DNA of 62,333 nt, counting the filler, from Choristocarpus tenellus KU-1152 (taxonomy: Eukaryota; Protista; Phaeophyceae): assembly GCA_964200185.2 (NCBI GenBank). It is 12 parts of 12 records of this genome, joined end to end, with 100 filler letters (N's around TTAATTAATTAA, not from the genome) between each part and the next. Parts side by side here need not be neighbours in the genome. Positions count along the whole stretch, not along the records: positions 10,397 to 14,195 come from CAXNAD020017862.1; positions 14,296 to 19,114 come from CAXNAD020012941.1; positions 19,215 to 23,935 come from CAXNAD020013342.1; positions 24,036 to 29,219 come from CAXNAD020011584.1; 8 more parts are not named here. One strand, written 5' to 3'. Shown here in pieces: positions 13,043-24,314 of this stretch. Positions within the stretch are counted from its first letter, which is position 1. Each line of letters begins with the position of its first letter. The notes beneath the pieces were generated by a model that was not told where the DNA came from, did no database searches, and worked only from the letters and a program-made list of their open reading frames with translations. The position numbers were made by a program, and so were the translations under genes.

Positions 13043-13304
13043 GCAAGTGCTAACTATTCAGAACTTTGAGGTGGGAAATGACTTGACCTGTTTTAAGGGG
13101 AAAAATTGACCATAATTTCCTCAGAGAGATTGTAAGCCGACAGTGTCAAATGTAAGAGATACCACGGTTCTGCTGAGTCAGACAGTCCTGCAACTATCTG
13201 CCTCAGTGTTACTATCACAATGTTTGGAAAAATCGGAAGTTACGGGATTTAGTCCCGACTGGACTGCTTTCCTGACTTCTTACCGCAGGAGGATAAATAT
13301 GGAA

Positions 13305-13600
13305 TGTGAGGGGAGGGTCTGGGACACAAGCTCAATGGGAAATCTGAGCATTTAGACAACTGCTCAGTTGGATCGCAGCATTAGTTAGGTTATGGCCAAC
13401 GGATCATGCTGGGTAGGTTCCCAGCCTCTCATGTTGTCAAGAATTGAATTGGCACGGCTTCTCAGGGGAGGACATGGGGTACAATCTCAATGGGAAATGA
13501 GAAGATTGAATTAACTATGTGCGGAGAGAGTGGTTGGTGAGGTGATGGCCCGAGGATCATGCTGGGTAGGTTCCCAACCAGCCTCTGATTTGTCAATCGT
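13305..13600. repeat. Diverged ~155-bp tandem duplication
   Basis: CTCAATGGGAAAT and GGATCATGCTGGGTAGGTTCCCA each occur twice, about 155 bp apart. Confidence 0.7.
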
Positions 13601-14195
13601 TAGGGTACTACTGCTCCTATGGGGCAGACAGTCTGACAGTGAAATCTCATCTCGATGTTCAAAAAACCAAACCCTGTCCAAATTTCTTGAGATAGTGAAA
13701 TGTTTGGCTTTTGCTTGAGTACCCTAACTGTCAACATGTCAGTCTCAACAACGAAGTTGCAAGCAGTAAGACTTTTGGAGAAAGAAAAAAAGGTACTTGT
13801 GCACCTTGCAGAGGATGTTTGTTTCTTATTTGGCGACTAATGTGACCGACCACTATGCATGGCAGGTCACATTTGAATGGCTACCTCCGTTGGCATAGCC
13901 CAGGCACCCTCTGCTGTGGGTTGATGCAACCCCTGGGGTGAACAGATGAAATGCCAGGGAGAAATTAATCTTTGTTCAAGGTTCTAAGCACCCCCTTCCC
14001 TCAGAAGACTAAGATTTGACAGGATTGTACTCCCCTGTAAAGGATGTTGGCCCAATTTTGGTGATGAATATTGTGAAAGACTTTTTTCAAAATTCTCATG
14101 GGTATGAGGAATTCGTTTTGCAGAGTGATAGTCCTCATTGGACATGGGTGAGGGCACCCCTCAATCTACACCCCGATTGGTGTTTTTTTTTTCAT

Positions 14196-14295
14196 NNNNN
14201 NNNNNNNNNNNNNNNNNNNNNNNNNNNNNNNNNNNNNNNTTAATTAATTAANNNNNNNNNNNNNNNNNNNNNNNNNNNNNNNNNNNNNNNNNNNN
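14196..14295. other. Artificial contig-joining spacer
   Basis: N44-TTAATTAATTAA-N44. Confidence 0.97.
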
Positions 14296-14487
14296 GGTGC
14301 GTTTGGAAGTAACCCCCCCCCCCCCAAGAAACCCTTGATGGGGTTACTCGATAGGTTGATTAGTTGATTAGTTGATACATTTAATCTTAACGGTTGCACT
14401 TCCATCAGAATTCTCAAAAATATATATATTTTTCACTGTTAGTGTACACAATGATATGTAGATAGCCGGTTCGTATGCTGCGTCAGT

Positions 14488-14698
14488 CCGCTGGACCAAT
14501 CAGAATGTTTTTAAGATGCTCTTCATTCACCGTTGGACCAATCAGACTGTTTTTAAGATGCTCTTCATTCATTGTTGGACCAATCAGACTGTTTTTAAGA
14601 TGCTCTTCATTCACTGTTGGACCAATCAGACTGTTTTTAAGATGCTCTTCATTCACCGTTGGACCGATCAGACTGTTTTTAAGATGCTCTTCATTCAC
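14488..14698. repeat. 42-bp minisatellite, 5 copies
   Basis: Unit GGACCAATCAGACTGTTTTTAAGATGCTCTTCATTCACCGTT, near-identical and head-to-tail. Confidence 0.95.
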
Positions 14699-15134
14699 CC
14701 CATAGATATTCGTGGCAATTGTTGCCAAAGGTGTTGCTTGACTCTTTGGTGGTGCTTTGCTTTTCATTGGTTCGGTCCTAGTGATGATGAAGAGCAGACT
14801 GTTTCAACAAGTCTAATTGTCATGCACCTTATCCTGGATGATGATTGTACCCCCGTGGTGACATGTCTGGGTTTGACTCTCTGTAGCTGACCTGGTTTGT
14901 CCTCTCCTTTAAAATATATATATATATATATGTATGTATGTATTGTATTTAAGGATGTGTACTTGTTTGATGTGTTGCGAGAATCGTTGATTCGTTGAAA
15001 GATTCGTTTGTTATTGGATGGAAGATTAAGATTCGGAGAGTACTATTGGCCTGTACTTGGTAGTAGGTGTGTGGTATGGTACAGTAGGCTTGTAAGCGTA
15101 AGTGATCAATAGTGCTCTCCATGATCCACTCCAG

Positions 15135-15174
15135 AGTATGGATATCGCATCCCAAGGCATGTTTTACTGCCAAC
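15135..15174 (+). CDS. Possible small exon of unknown gene C
   Basis: CTCCAG|AG...CCAAC|GTGTGT; YGYRIPRHVLLP; the phase-2 end matches the next exon. Confidence 0.35.
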
Positions 15175-15435
15175 GTGTGTCAAGGGCACACAGCAAGCCC
15201 CATCAATCCCTATCAATGACTCACTCGCCACTGTTTGCAGTGCTCTGAAGGTTCTCCCAAATTGTGTGCTATTGCTACAAAGTATGTATACATGTATGTA
15301 TGTGTATATATTTGTATTATGCGTATCTTGTGTCATAACCTTTTCCCTTAAGATCATGTACAGTGATTGGCTTGCCCCTGGAAAACATTGAAAAACAAAA
15401 TGGTTGCTAGTGTCATATCTATAGAGTTAGTGTTG

Positions 15436-15437
<2 letters not shown>

Positions 15438-15472
<35 letters not shown>
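15438..15472. repeat. (CT)n microsatellite
   Basis: Direct observation. Confidence 0.95.
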
Positions 15473-15476
<4 letters not shown>

Positions 15477-15744
15477 CTCATTGATTTTTTTTTTCGAGGT
15501 TAGGGTTATAGAAATTTTGTTTGTTTGTTCATTAGGATAATTTCTCCCCCTCCTCCATTCCCCCCTCCCCCTCCTCCATTCCCTCCGTGTCCTTTTTCTT
15601 GTGTCTTCTCTTCCCACAGACATGCCAAAACACATTTTAAGAACGTTCCTCTTTCATACCACTACTCTTCTTCTCCTGCCCCTCTTCCCTGTGGTTGGTC
15701 CCTTGTTTTTCCCCTCTCTCTCTATCTCTCCTTGGTCTCATCCC

Positions 15745-15885
15745 ACGTGCATGTATACGTGCGTTCATACGTGCGTTCGTACATGCATTCATATGTGCGT
15801 TTCTACATGCGTGCATACGTGCATTCGTATGTGCATGCATACGTGCGTTTATACATGCATGCATACGTGCGTTCATACGTGCGTT
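15745..15885. repeat. Degenerate ACGT/GCAT tetranucleotide-derived repeat
   Basis: Runs of CATACGTGCGTT-like units; explains the spurious overlapping ORFs here. Confidence 0.85.
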
Positions 15886-15912
15886 TTTATTTTGTTTCTG
15901 TTTTGATGGCAG

Positions 15913-15952
15913 TATGAAGCTTGCAATGGACAAGCACGCCCAACTTGGAGAG
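15913..15952 (+). CDS. Small exon of unknown gene C
   Basis: GGCAG|T, MKLAMDKHAQLGE, donor GAG|GTGAGA (phase 0). Confidence 0.5.
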
Positions 15953-16836
15953 GTGAGAGGAGTGAGTAAGTAAGAGAAGACCCAACATTAAAAAAAAAAA
16001 AATCTGTGGGAAAAATATAAATAAAAAAGTTGCCTATTTTTCCTTTCTGTTCATTTTTTTTTCTGCTGATGGACAGTAGTACAAGCAAAAATACACCATA
16101 CGGAATTACATTTCTTTTCTTTTTATTAAGCTGTGTGAAACACTGCTGGGAAAACTTTTACATACATAAAGGAGGGTTTTATTTTGGTCATTTGCAATAT
16201 TAATGTTTGGGGAGACTGTTTTGGTCTTCATGCTATTATTATTATTATTATTACCGGTTGGCAGCACAGTGTGAGGCAATAATACTTGGGGGGGTTTTAC
16301 ACACAAAGGTGTTCCTACAATAAGAGTAACAGTATGTAGAAGGGTTTTTCTTGAGGGCATGAGGCGTTGTGATTGATGTCAAGGTCAGCCTTTGCAAGAA
16401 ATAAATAAAAGATTTAAAATGGGGAGGTGGCACAGGAGGTTGCAGGGTGGTTAGCTGGATCTCATTGGTTGAAATGTGAAAGAAGGCCTGCTTCTATTGG
16501 TGGGAAAAGAATTCTAAAGTCTTTTCGTTTGTGGCATGTCTCCCCCTATGTATTTTATTGATTCCATCTCTTGGTAGGAAGTGTCGGTTATTATGGAGTA
16601 GGGACTATACTGGATGGTCTATGTATATGTATATTATGTATGTATGTATTTTGTAGATTGGCTAGTTTTGGTGTGTGTATCAAGTACACTATAGGTACAT
16701 GAGCCAACTAATGATGATTTTTTAAAACATTGTATGCTGTTTGTTTGTTTTTTTATTGATCTCATTTTATCATCTCTCTCTCTCTCTCTCTCTTGAAAAT
16801 GTGTAAATGATGTGTCAATGGGTGTATGAAGTGCAG

Positions 16837-17027
16837 GGTTATCACAGTCACAGTCACAATGAGAATGGGAATGGGAATGGTGTGAGCAACGGGAAGGGCA
16901 GTATTAGTGACAAGAAAAAGAGAACCGTTGCCAGCAATGGCGGTGGTGATGTTGGAGATGATGAGGAAGGCGGTTATGGATCTGACACGGAAGATGATGA
17001 ACACTTCCCACTGTCTGTCTTTCGCAG
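16837..17027 (+). CDS. Exon of unknown gene C
   Basis: GTGCAG|GGT; GYHSHSHNENG...DDEHFPLSVFR; donor CAG|GTATGT (phase 2). Confidence 0.7.
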
Positions 17028-17244
17028 GTATGTGTCAGAGACAACTCGAGATTTTAATTTTTGTATTGTATAGTAGAAACTGTAGGTTGAAGTAGTAGCG
17101 GTGGTGGTGGTAGTAGTAGTGGTAGTGGTAGTAGTAGTACTAGTAGTAGTAGTGGTGGTTATATATCATCAGTATGACCTTTAACAATATATATATGTTA
17201 TGACCTTGAACTACAAATCAAATTAACTTGGATGAGGGTTGCAG

Positions 17245-17382
17245 TTTCCACCACCTTTCCAAACGGGTGAAAGAGCTTCTGCCATGGGGAAGGGCGTCCT
17301 CGGGAGGCACTAGGTCTCACAGGGAGATTCATCGGAGTGTGAGGGAGACTCTGCTGGTGATATTTGTGGACTCCTACTTCAG
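17245..17382 (+). CDS. Exon of unknown gene C (GC donor)
   Basis: TTGCAG|T in phase 2; FHHLSKRVKELLPW...LLVIFVDSYF; donor CAG|GCAAGT (phase 2). Confidence 0.65.
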
Positions 17383-18211
17383 GCAAGTTTTTTTTCTTCT
17401 TCAAAGGGTCAGAATTGATCATTTGAATATAAATTATATATATATATATCTGTAACATTTGGTTGGGTGCTTTTGAGTTCCTCAGGTCTCGAATTTTGAA
17501 CAGTAATTGATGCACTGCACAGCGATGAGTACTGCTTGGGGAAGGGGGGGAGGAGACTCATAATGAAGGGTTAGGGTTGTATTGTTTTTGTAGTGGTATC
17601 ATTGATGTTTCTGTTAATGTTGCTATTATTTGAGAAGTGGAAGTTGTTATTGTCCAAGTGACTGCCTCTGTGGCCTCTGACATATTTACTATTGATTGAT
17701 TTCCTCGTCATTTTTCAAGTTACATATGTATGTATGCATGTGTATGTATTATGTATTTGTATGTATTATGCATTGTATGCATGCATTTGTATATATGTAT
17801 TATGTATTTGTACGTATGAATGTATGCACTTTTTAGTACACCCCTGCAAAATTGATGTCTGGGTGGGGTAAGTAGTGATCGTTCTAATGTGTTTTGTAGT
17901 TATATATACGTTTGCATGGTGTCCTGTTTGACCATTATTGACAAAATGGAAAGAAAGAAAAAATGTTACCAATTTCAAGGGATTTTGATTGTCTGTTCTT
18001 ACTATCTTTTTATCGTTTTAGTACTTAGGGTTAGGGTTAGCGCAAGGGGTCTCAAACCTGTGGTTTTTAAAAATAAAAAAATATAATGAGATGCAAGAAG
18101 TAATTTTTTTATTAATCCGAAAAGTAAGGAGCGATAAAAAAAAAGAATAGAATAAAAAGGTGAAAAAAAATGAGAAAAAAGGATGAAGATGCGATAGATG
18201 TATTAAAAGAA

Positions 18212-18236
18212 AGGTTAGGGTTAGGGTTAGGGTTGG
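18212..18236 (+). repeat. Interstitial telomere-like (TTAGGG)n; similar short runs at about 621, 5001, 5290, 8962, 18026, 19681(-), 60853(-), 62027(-)
   Basis: Direct observation of 2-4 unit arrays. Confidence 0.8.
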
Positions 18237-18985
18237 TAAAACCGATGAATCAATAAATTAAGATCCGGTCAGTAGTGGCTAACACCAGGTGAAAGAGAAA
18301 GAAAAAACAAGGAAAATCGAACTTTGCAACAAAGCTCGCGGGAGAGTCTTCCATCCATCCAACCATCCATCTAAACAACATGCGTCAGATGTCACAGAAG
18401 AAAAAGAGAAAGCAATGGGTTTCATGGTGAAAGTACAGTGGTCTACGATGGTAACTGACTTGTCTCCAGTTTAAAACTTGATGTACTTTTTTATACCCTG
18501 CGCCCCCCCCTCCCCCGCCGCCCCCGTGCTTCGTCTTTCCGCTGTCTGCTTCCGTGGTTAGGCATGTCTGTACCNNNNNNNNNNCCACTTTAAAACTTGA
18601 TGTACTTTTTTATACCCTCCCCCCCCCCCCCCCCCCTCCCCCCCTTTTTTCTCAATTTTATTTTTTCTTCCAGGAATTCAAACATCGAAAAACATAACAT
18701 TTTTGCAACACAATTTCAGTTGCTACTTTAATAGCAGTAGTAGTAGTAGTAGTAGTAGTAATAACGATATCCTTTTTTGTTTTTTATTTTTCTAAATGTA
18801 GTACAGATGTAGTTTTTTTTATTATTTTTTATTGTTGTTGCGGGACTGGCAACGGACGCCATTGGGGGGGGGTCAGTCTTGTCCAAGGGCAAAAAAATAA
18901 AATAAAATCTGACGTCCCTCTTCTCTATCTCTTATCTATCTATCTATATTTCTTTTCCGCAACAATCTGTTTGTGCTTTTTTCAG

Positions 18986-19114
18986 GAGGATGCTGTCGAA
19001 GGAAGTGGTGGAGCACGCTCTCCTCGCAGAGCACGCCAGAATGGACAGGGAGGCAGTCAGAGGGAGAGGGCAACAGGACAGGGAGGGAGAGGATGAAGAA
19101 CAGGACAGCGATGG
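18986..19114 (+). CDS. Exon of unknown gene C (cut by contig end)
   Basis: TTTTTCAG|G in phase 2; RMLSKEVVEHALLAEHARMDREAV...EDEEQDSD. Confidence 0.65.
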
Positions 19115-19214
19115 NNNNNNNNNNNNNNNNNNNNNNNNNNNNNNNNNNNNNNNNNNNNTTAATTAATTAANNNNNNNNNNNNNNNNNNNNNNNNNNNNNN
19201 NNNNNNNNNNNNNN
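19115..19214. other. Artificial contig-joining spacer
   Basis: N44-TTAATTAATTAA-N44. Confidence 0.97.
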
Positions 19215-19896
19215 CCCCCCCCAAGATACTTTGACCCTGTTGTCGTCCCCCAAGGCATCTGAGTCTCACGCCCTCTCACCTCCCAGCATCAGGTCGTCAT
19301 CTTGTTCTTCGTCGGGGTGTTTGAGTCCGAACACGGACAGACTTCTGGGCTTGAATAATTGGGTCCGACAGGTGATGGCAGGATGAGCAAGCCGCTCAAA
19401 CGACAGGGGGCCTTCGTTCTTGGCATGCCAATAAACACCCGCTTTGACAGCTTCACGAGGTTTTTGAACCCCATCAAATGCGACTTGGTCAACTTTGCAT
19501 TGGTGTGATCCTCCACAGTATTGAGAGTCCATCATCTCAAACTCTGCACGCCCTTGACGAGAGAATGAGAACTAATGCCTCATCCAGAGGGTTTAACACG
19601 TGGGTCAATTCCCGGGCGAAAACTTAGATTGCAAAAGTTATGTTACATTTAATTTCGAACAGAGGAGTTAATTATATATACCCTAACCCTAACCATAACG
19701 AACCAAACCAATTGAGAGTCAGGCAGTTTTAGACCCTTTTGCATTGCAAGCTACCTTTCTTGACCTATGCAATGCACTCTATTTCATTGCTCTATGTCCA
19801 CTGACAATCTATGTAGATTTATATCCCCCCTTCCCATACAAAAAGTATACTACAATTAAGTGAAGACTCCTTATACAATTGTGAAAAACTGCGTAT

Positions 19897-20078
19897 GACT
19901 CAAAGTATCTGGGGGGGGGGGTGGCGGCTGTCCATTTGGGTTCAATTTTTTAATGTCGCAATTTTTGGGTGATTTGGTTGGATACGTCAGATTGATCATG
20001 TAAATGCACTTTTCCTGATTTTTACCCAAATGGACACCCTGGTGTGGACCCCCCCCCCCGCCACAGATACTTTGGGCC
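19897..20078 (-). mobile_element. MITE subfamily A (~180 bp), opposite orientation to 35020 and 50024
   Basis: TIRs GACTCAAAGTATCTG(n)...CAGATACTTTGGGCC; inner inverted TGTCCATTTGGG/CCCAAATGGACA; interior homologous to the other A copies. Confidence 0.88.
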
Positions 20079-20645
20079 ATGTTTTCGCCCTTTCTCGGGA
20101 TCCTTAAATTGCAAACCGGCCTATCTCTTAGATGGTTTGACTCAAAGCATAAACTTAACCATAACCATCAACAAAAGGTTGAACACAAGCATAATCCAAA
20201 AAAACGTGAATATACTTTCGGCAAAGGTGTGTCCTTGCTCAAATCCTCTTAACCACCTTCTTCATTGCACTGCTAAGTGTGGTGTTCTTGGATGTGACTA
20301 GGGAAGGATTGGGATACCCGATCACGTGTTTCTCCTCTGCTAGTCAACTGCATCAGTCAAGGAAATAAAGTACACTAGATCTTCCAGTCATAAATAGTGG
20401 GTTGGCCTTAGCCGTCAACACCCCAAAGACACTCACTCCTCTTGACATCATCCACTGCCTCATTCCCGGGCATCCTCTCTTCCTTCACAGTCTCACACCA
20501 TGGTCATCAAGCGACATGGTTTTCGTCTAACCTGGGATCCCTGCCTTCATTAACGAGTGCCAAGGTTACGATTGCCATCCTAGCCTACAATGATATATAC
20601 TAGCACATTCTAACCACCTTGTAACCTCCCTCCCCACATATGATG

Positions 20646-21235
20646 CACCACCGCCTCTATCCGCCACTGGTGGCATTGGCAGTGCGATGAACATCCCGTG
20701 GCTATGTGATGCCTATGTCCGTGACATTGTGAATACCCTACGCCATCGTGGTGCAGTGGTACAGCCTCCCTCCGCCACTGGTGATGTTGGTGTTGAGATG
20801 AACACCCCGTGGCTATGTGACGCTGATCTCCGTGACACTGTGAACACCCTATGCTGTTGTGATGCAGCGGTACCACCTCCCCCCACCACTGGTAGTGTAG
20901 GTGGCGAGATGTGCACCCTGTACCTTGGTGAATACCCTGCACCACCTACTCTCTCCGCCTCTGGTGATGTTGGCAGTGAGATGAACATCCTGTTGCTATG
21001 TGGCATTAATGTCCGTGACACTGTGAATACCCTACGCCGTTGTGGTGCTGCGGTACCGCCTCCCTCCACCACTGGTGGTGTGGGTGATGAGCACCCTATG
21101 CCTCGGTGAATACCCTGCACACCACCTCCTCTCTCCACCTCTGGTGATGCTGGCAGTGAGATGAACCCTCCGTGGCTATGGCTCTGTGGTGACGCTGCAG
21201 CACTACCTCTCTCTGCCACGGATGATATTGGTGGA
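20646..21235. repeat. Composite minisatellite of ~111-bp (A) and ~72-bp (B) units, order A-A-B-A-B-A'
   Basis: Anchor ATG at 20687, 20798, 20909, 20981, 21087 and 21161 (spacings 111, 111, 72, 106, 74). Confidence 0.85.
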
Positions 21236-21289
21236 GGGGTAACTATAAGTCTCTTTTTTGTAATGGTGGGTGAGGGGGGAGTGGGGAAG

Positions 21290-23800
21290 ACCCAGGCTTA
21301 TCTTGTGCAGGGCTCACTGCAGGATAAAATTCCAACGTACGTCACTTTTTGACCTTATCAACACGCAGTTTTTGCTTGACACAGTGGGTAGTGCACTGGA
21401 AGGGTGTGCTGGTAGTCTCCAGGGCACGGGCAGGTCTAGACGCTCGCAGAAGAGATATCATTATTGGCACCGACCCATATACGAATCGAGTTTCAAGCTC
21501 CAAAGTCTTCCCTCATCGCGTCTGCCTGACGCTGGAAACGGATTGAGTGGGACATAGACCTATCAATGGCAAGTGTGAAGGACAAGTCATTGACATAAAA
21601 GTGCAGACCACACTCTTCGGAGTACATGTTGGCAGATGTCAATGAGATGGTGTACATAGTTGCTTTGAAATGCAGAGAATATATATACCATGCATGCATG
21701 AAATACTGGGGCAAGTTCCGATCTTGCACATCTCAATCATTGTGTTTCGTGTCTGAAGTGCCAGAAAAGGTAATCGTGAGGATATCGTTCTTGTCACAGG
21801 TACGTCTTGTGCAAGGACAAGGTGTCTCTACACCTTCCACTCCAGCTCAGAGTATGCAGTACTTGACATCTCCACCTGTGACAAACATGTAGAGGGAGGA
21901 AGGGTGGTTGTGAGTTGGAGTGAAAACACTCACTTCAAGTAAGGACTGTATATCTTGTACGAGGTGTGAAATCAAGTAATGTGGTTGAGACCTCGAGGGC
22001 TGCAGTAACAGCAGCACAGTAGCACAGGAGCACGTATTGGCCTCCCTGTTTTTGGAGGATAGTATTGCTTTCAAATAGATTTGAAAATTGTTTGTGATTT
22101 TAACCGTTCTTGCTAAGGGCTTTATCCAACCTCTGCCGAAGCAGAGAACCACACAGCAGTAGTAGATTGGAACGGAGTTTCTTTTGTGTTGCTTAGCTCA
22201 TCTCTGCTACCCGTTCGTTTGGTCTATGCTGTTGTTGCTGCTTCCGAGGGTTGACGGGTCATTTCAAATGCCATCTTGAACCAACCTGACTCCACAGTTT
22301 TGCCACCATCATGAGCGGTAAGAGAAGCGCAATAGTGGTGGCAATGGTATCCAATTCTGTTCCTTGATAAAGTCCTGTCACCTCCTTCCAGGTGCATGGC
22401 CAACGATCCGGGCACAATATCCGTGGAGATTGTAATCCTTGGATGCTCTCAATGAGTGTTGAAGAAGTTGATTGGACGGATGGTCTGAGGGAAGTTGGAA
22501 GGTTAATCATCAGACATACTGGTGAGGAAGTTTTCTTGGGCAACCACAAGATGCCGTTCCCGTCGTTATACCACCAGGTTACTTGAATTCCCTCGCCTCT
22601 TCTTGGAGAAGAGAACGTCAAGCCAAGCCTGGTATCGTGATCGCGGCCTCTCTGGCTTCTGTGGGCGAAACAAGCTCCACATCTTCGCCACGTTGGACTT
22701 GGCAAAATAGAGTAGGACCTTGATGGGCGCTTTGACCATACTCGATTCTCAGGGAAAGACGTCAAACTGGGTGTCGTCACTGTGAGAGCATTCGCAGTGG
22801 TACGGCCCTCCTTACCTTAGATGGAGAGTTTTTGTGGGTGGAGGGAGGGGAGGTGAGATATGTTTTAAAAGAGGCAACATAAAAAAAAAGATACTACAAA
22901 AATTAACACGATCACCTTTCCCAAAAGATCGCAATTCAGGGACAAAATCCTGTTCCAGTTTTTAGAAACTCCTTGTTCACTAAAATCGTTGTTCATATGT
23001 CAGCAAATTATTTTTCAGAGTCGAGGCATCTTTCAAATAACGCTTGGTCGCTTTTCTCATATCCAGATTTTCCACCCCCTCAGACTCCCTCATGGACATA
23101 ATCGACAAATCACCATCACGCTGTCTCATTAGACCTAACATTGCACCCACACATCGATACTCACAAGGTGTGAAGTTCTGTCTGTTCACACATCCTACGC
23201 TTCCAACAGTACAACTGGGACAGTCTTCACCTCCGATGCCTATACTACTGTGTGGAGGTGGTAGCGTTCCACCCAAATCCTAGGCAAGGTTGGGCAAGTT
23301 TGGATAGATCTTGGCAAGACAGTTTGAAAATGTTGCAATTCAAAGTGCTTTGAGAGGTTTGTTGATCCTAACGTTATGTTGGATGCTAAGGTTCGACAGG
23401 ACCGGGATAGATTCTGGTCGCTACCTGGTCAAGAGGATACTAAACTATTTGTTTTGGACAGAGTGCCTGGAAGACAGTGTCCCAACGCTAATGGCCCCAA
23501 AGGCGCACTTGTCACCCTTGTCAATGAACACATGAAGGTTGAACATGTTTGCTACAAGATACAAGGAGTATATTTTGTCACTTTCAAGATACCCAACACA
23601 TTAATTACTTTGTGCAAGGGGACAAGTGGCGCAAAGTGCTTCAGTTGGACGGCAAGGTAAGCACGATATATCTTCTTGTCTAGTAATTGGTGGAATAATC
23701 TGCTTATAAAGAGCCAATTTTCACACTCCCTTGACGTCAGGACCAAACCACTGTGTCCAATTGCTAGCATGCTAAAGTCTGACGCCTCTCATTTTCTTTT
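21290..23800 (-). pseudogene. Decayed transposase, KDZ (Kyakuja-Dileera-Zisupton)-like
   Basis: Across frameshifts and stops the minus strand gives, in order: Cys clusters (EDCPSC, CEYRC), FVTGGDVKY, TCDKN, IG...SCMHGIY, FYVNDLS, GSVPIM, CVKQ-N-CVL. This resembles the KDZ DG..K / C.HG / YD..C / P..H / EQ.N series. Recognised by eye only. Confidence 0.45.
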
Positions 23801-23935
23801 GCACGCGTGCGTATTGATTGCATGCATGCAATTTGGGATTTTGGTTGCAGATGGGCGTAGCAGGATGAGTTAGGTGAGAGAGTGTTGTTTGTTGTTGTGA
23901 TATTGTATCAACAGGGTCAAAGTATCTTGGGGGGG

Positions 23936-24035
23936 NNNNNNNNNNNNNNNNNNNNNNNNNNNNNNNNNNNNNNNNNNNNTTAATTAATTAANNNNNNNNN
24001 NNNNNNNNNNNNNNNNNNNNNNNNNNNNNNNNNNN
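23936..24035. other. Artificial contig-joining spacer
   Basis: N44-TTAATTAATTAA-N44; immediately preceded by a MITE end (GGGTCAAAGTATCTTG-run). Confidence 0.97.
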
Positions 24036-24186
24036 CAGCTTTTCCAAGCTCCCCCGTTCGTAGACACCCTTGAGGTGTACATTATCCCTGCCATGCAACT
24101 AAACGCCTTCCCGCTGGTGAATTGAAACCCGACAACACAGCCACATGGCAACACACTTGTGCGTTGCGCTGCACTCCCCTTCTTAC

Positions 24187-24314
24187 CTGGGGTGCCTCGG
24201 GCTGTGGGGACACCCGAGTCTCCCGATTGAGCTGAAGCAGAGTGGATGTCTCCGCCTCCTCTTGCTCCTCCTCTGCGGTCCTTCCTGTTCTCCCTCCGCC
24301 CCTGGGGTAGTAGC
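24187..24314 (-). CDS. Exon of unknown gene D
   Basis: CACATAG|GC; (G)YYPRGGGRTGRTAEEEQEE...PEAPQ; donor CAG|GTAAGA; phase matches the upstream exon. Confidence 0.6.

Noticed and set aside
14488-14698. CRISPR-like array
   Set aside because: Units are head-to-tail with no unique spacers, there are no cas genes, and the context is eukaryotic.
15525-15973. Several overlapping 90-130 aa ORFs
   Set aside because: They arise from stop-poor simple repeats. The same applies to 59470-60128 and 60928-61898.
18468-18620. Direct repeat TTTAAAACTTGATGTACTTTTTTATACCCT
   Set aside because: It flanks a 10-N scaffold gap and poly-C, so it is likely a redundant contig overlap.
19266-19535. Minus-strand ORFs (GVYWHAK, AP2-like)
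   Set aside because: Two competing frames, no further AP2 motif and no linked exons.
19901-20074. P-element assignment of the MITEs (CAAAG fits CANRG)
   Set aside because: No 7-8 bp TSDs; the duplications seen place the ends about 4 bp outside CAAAG.
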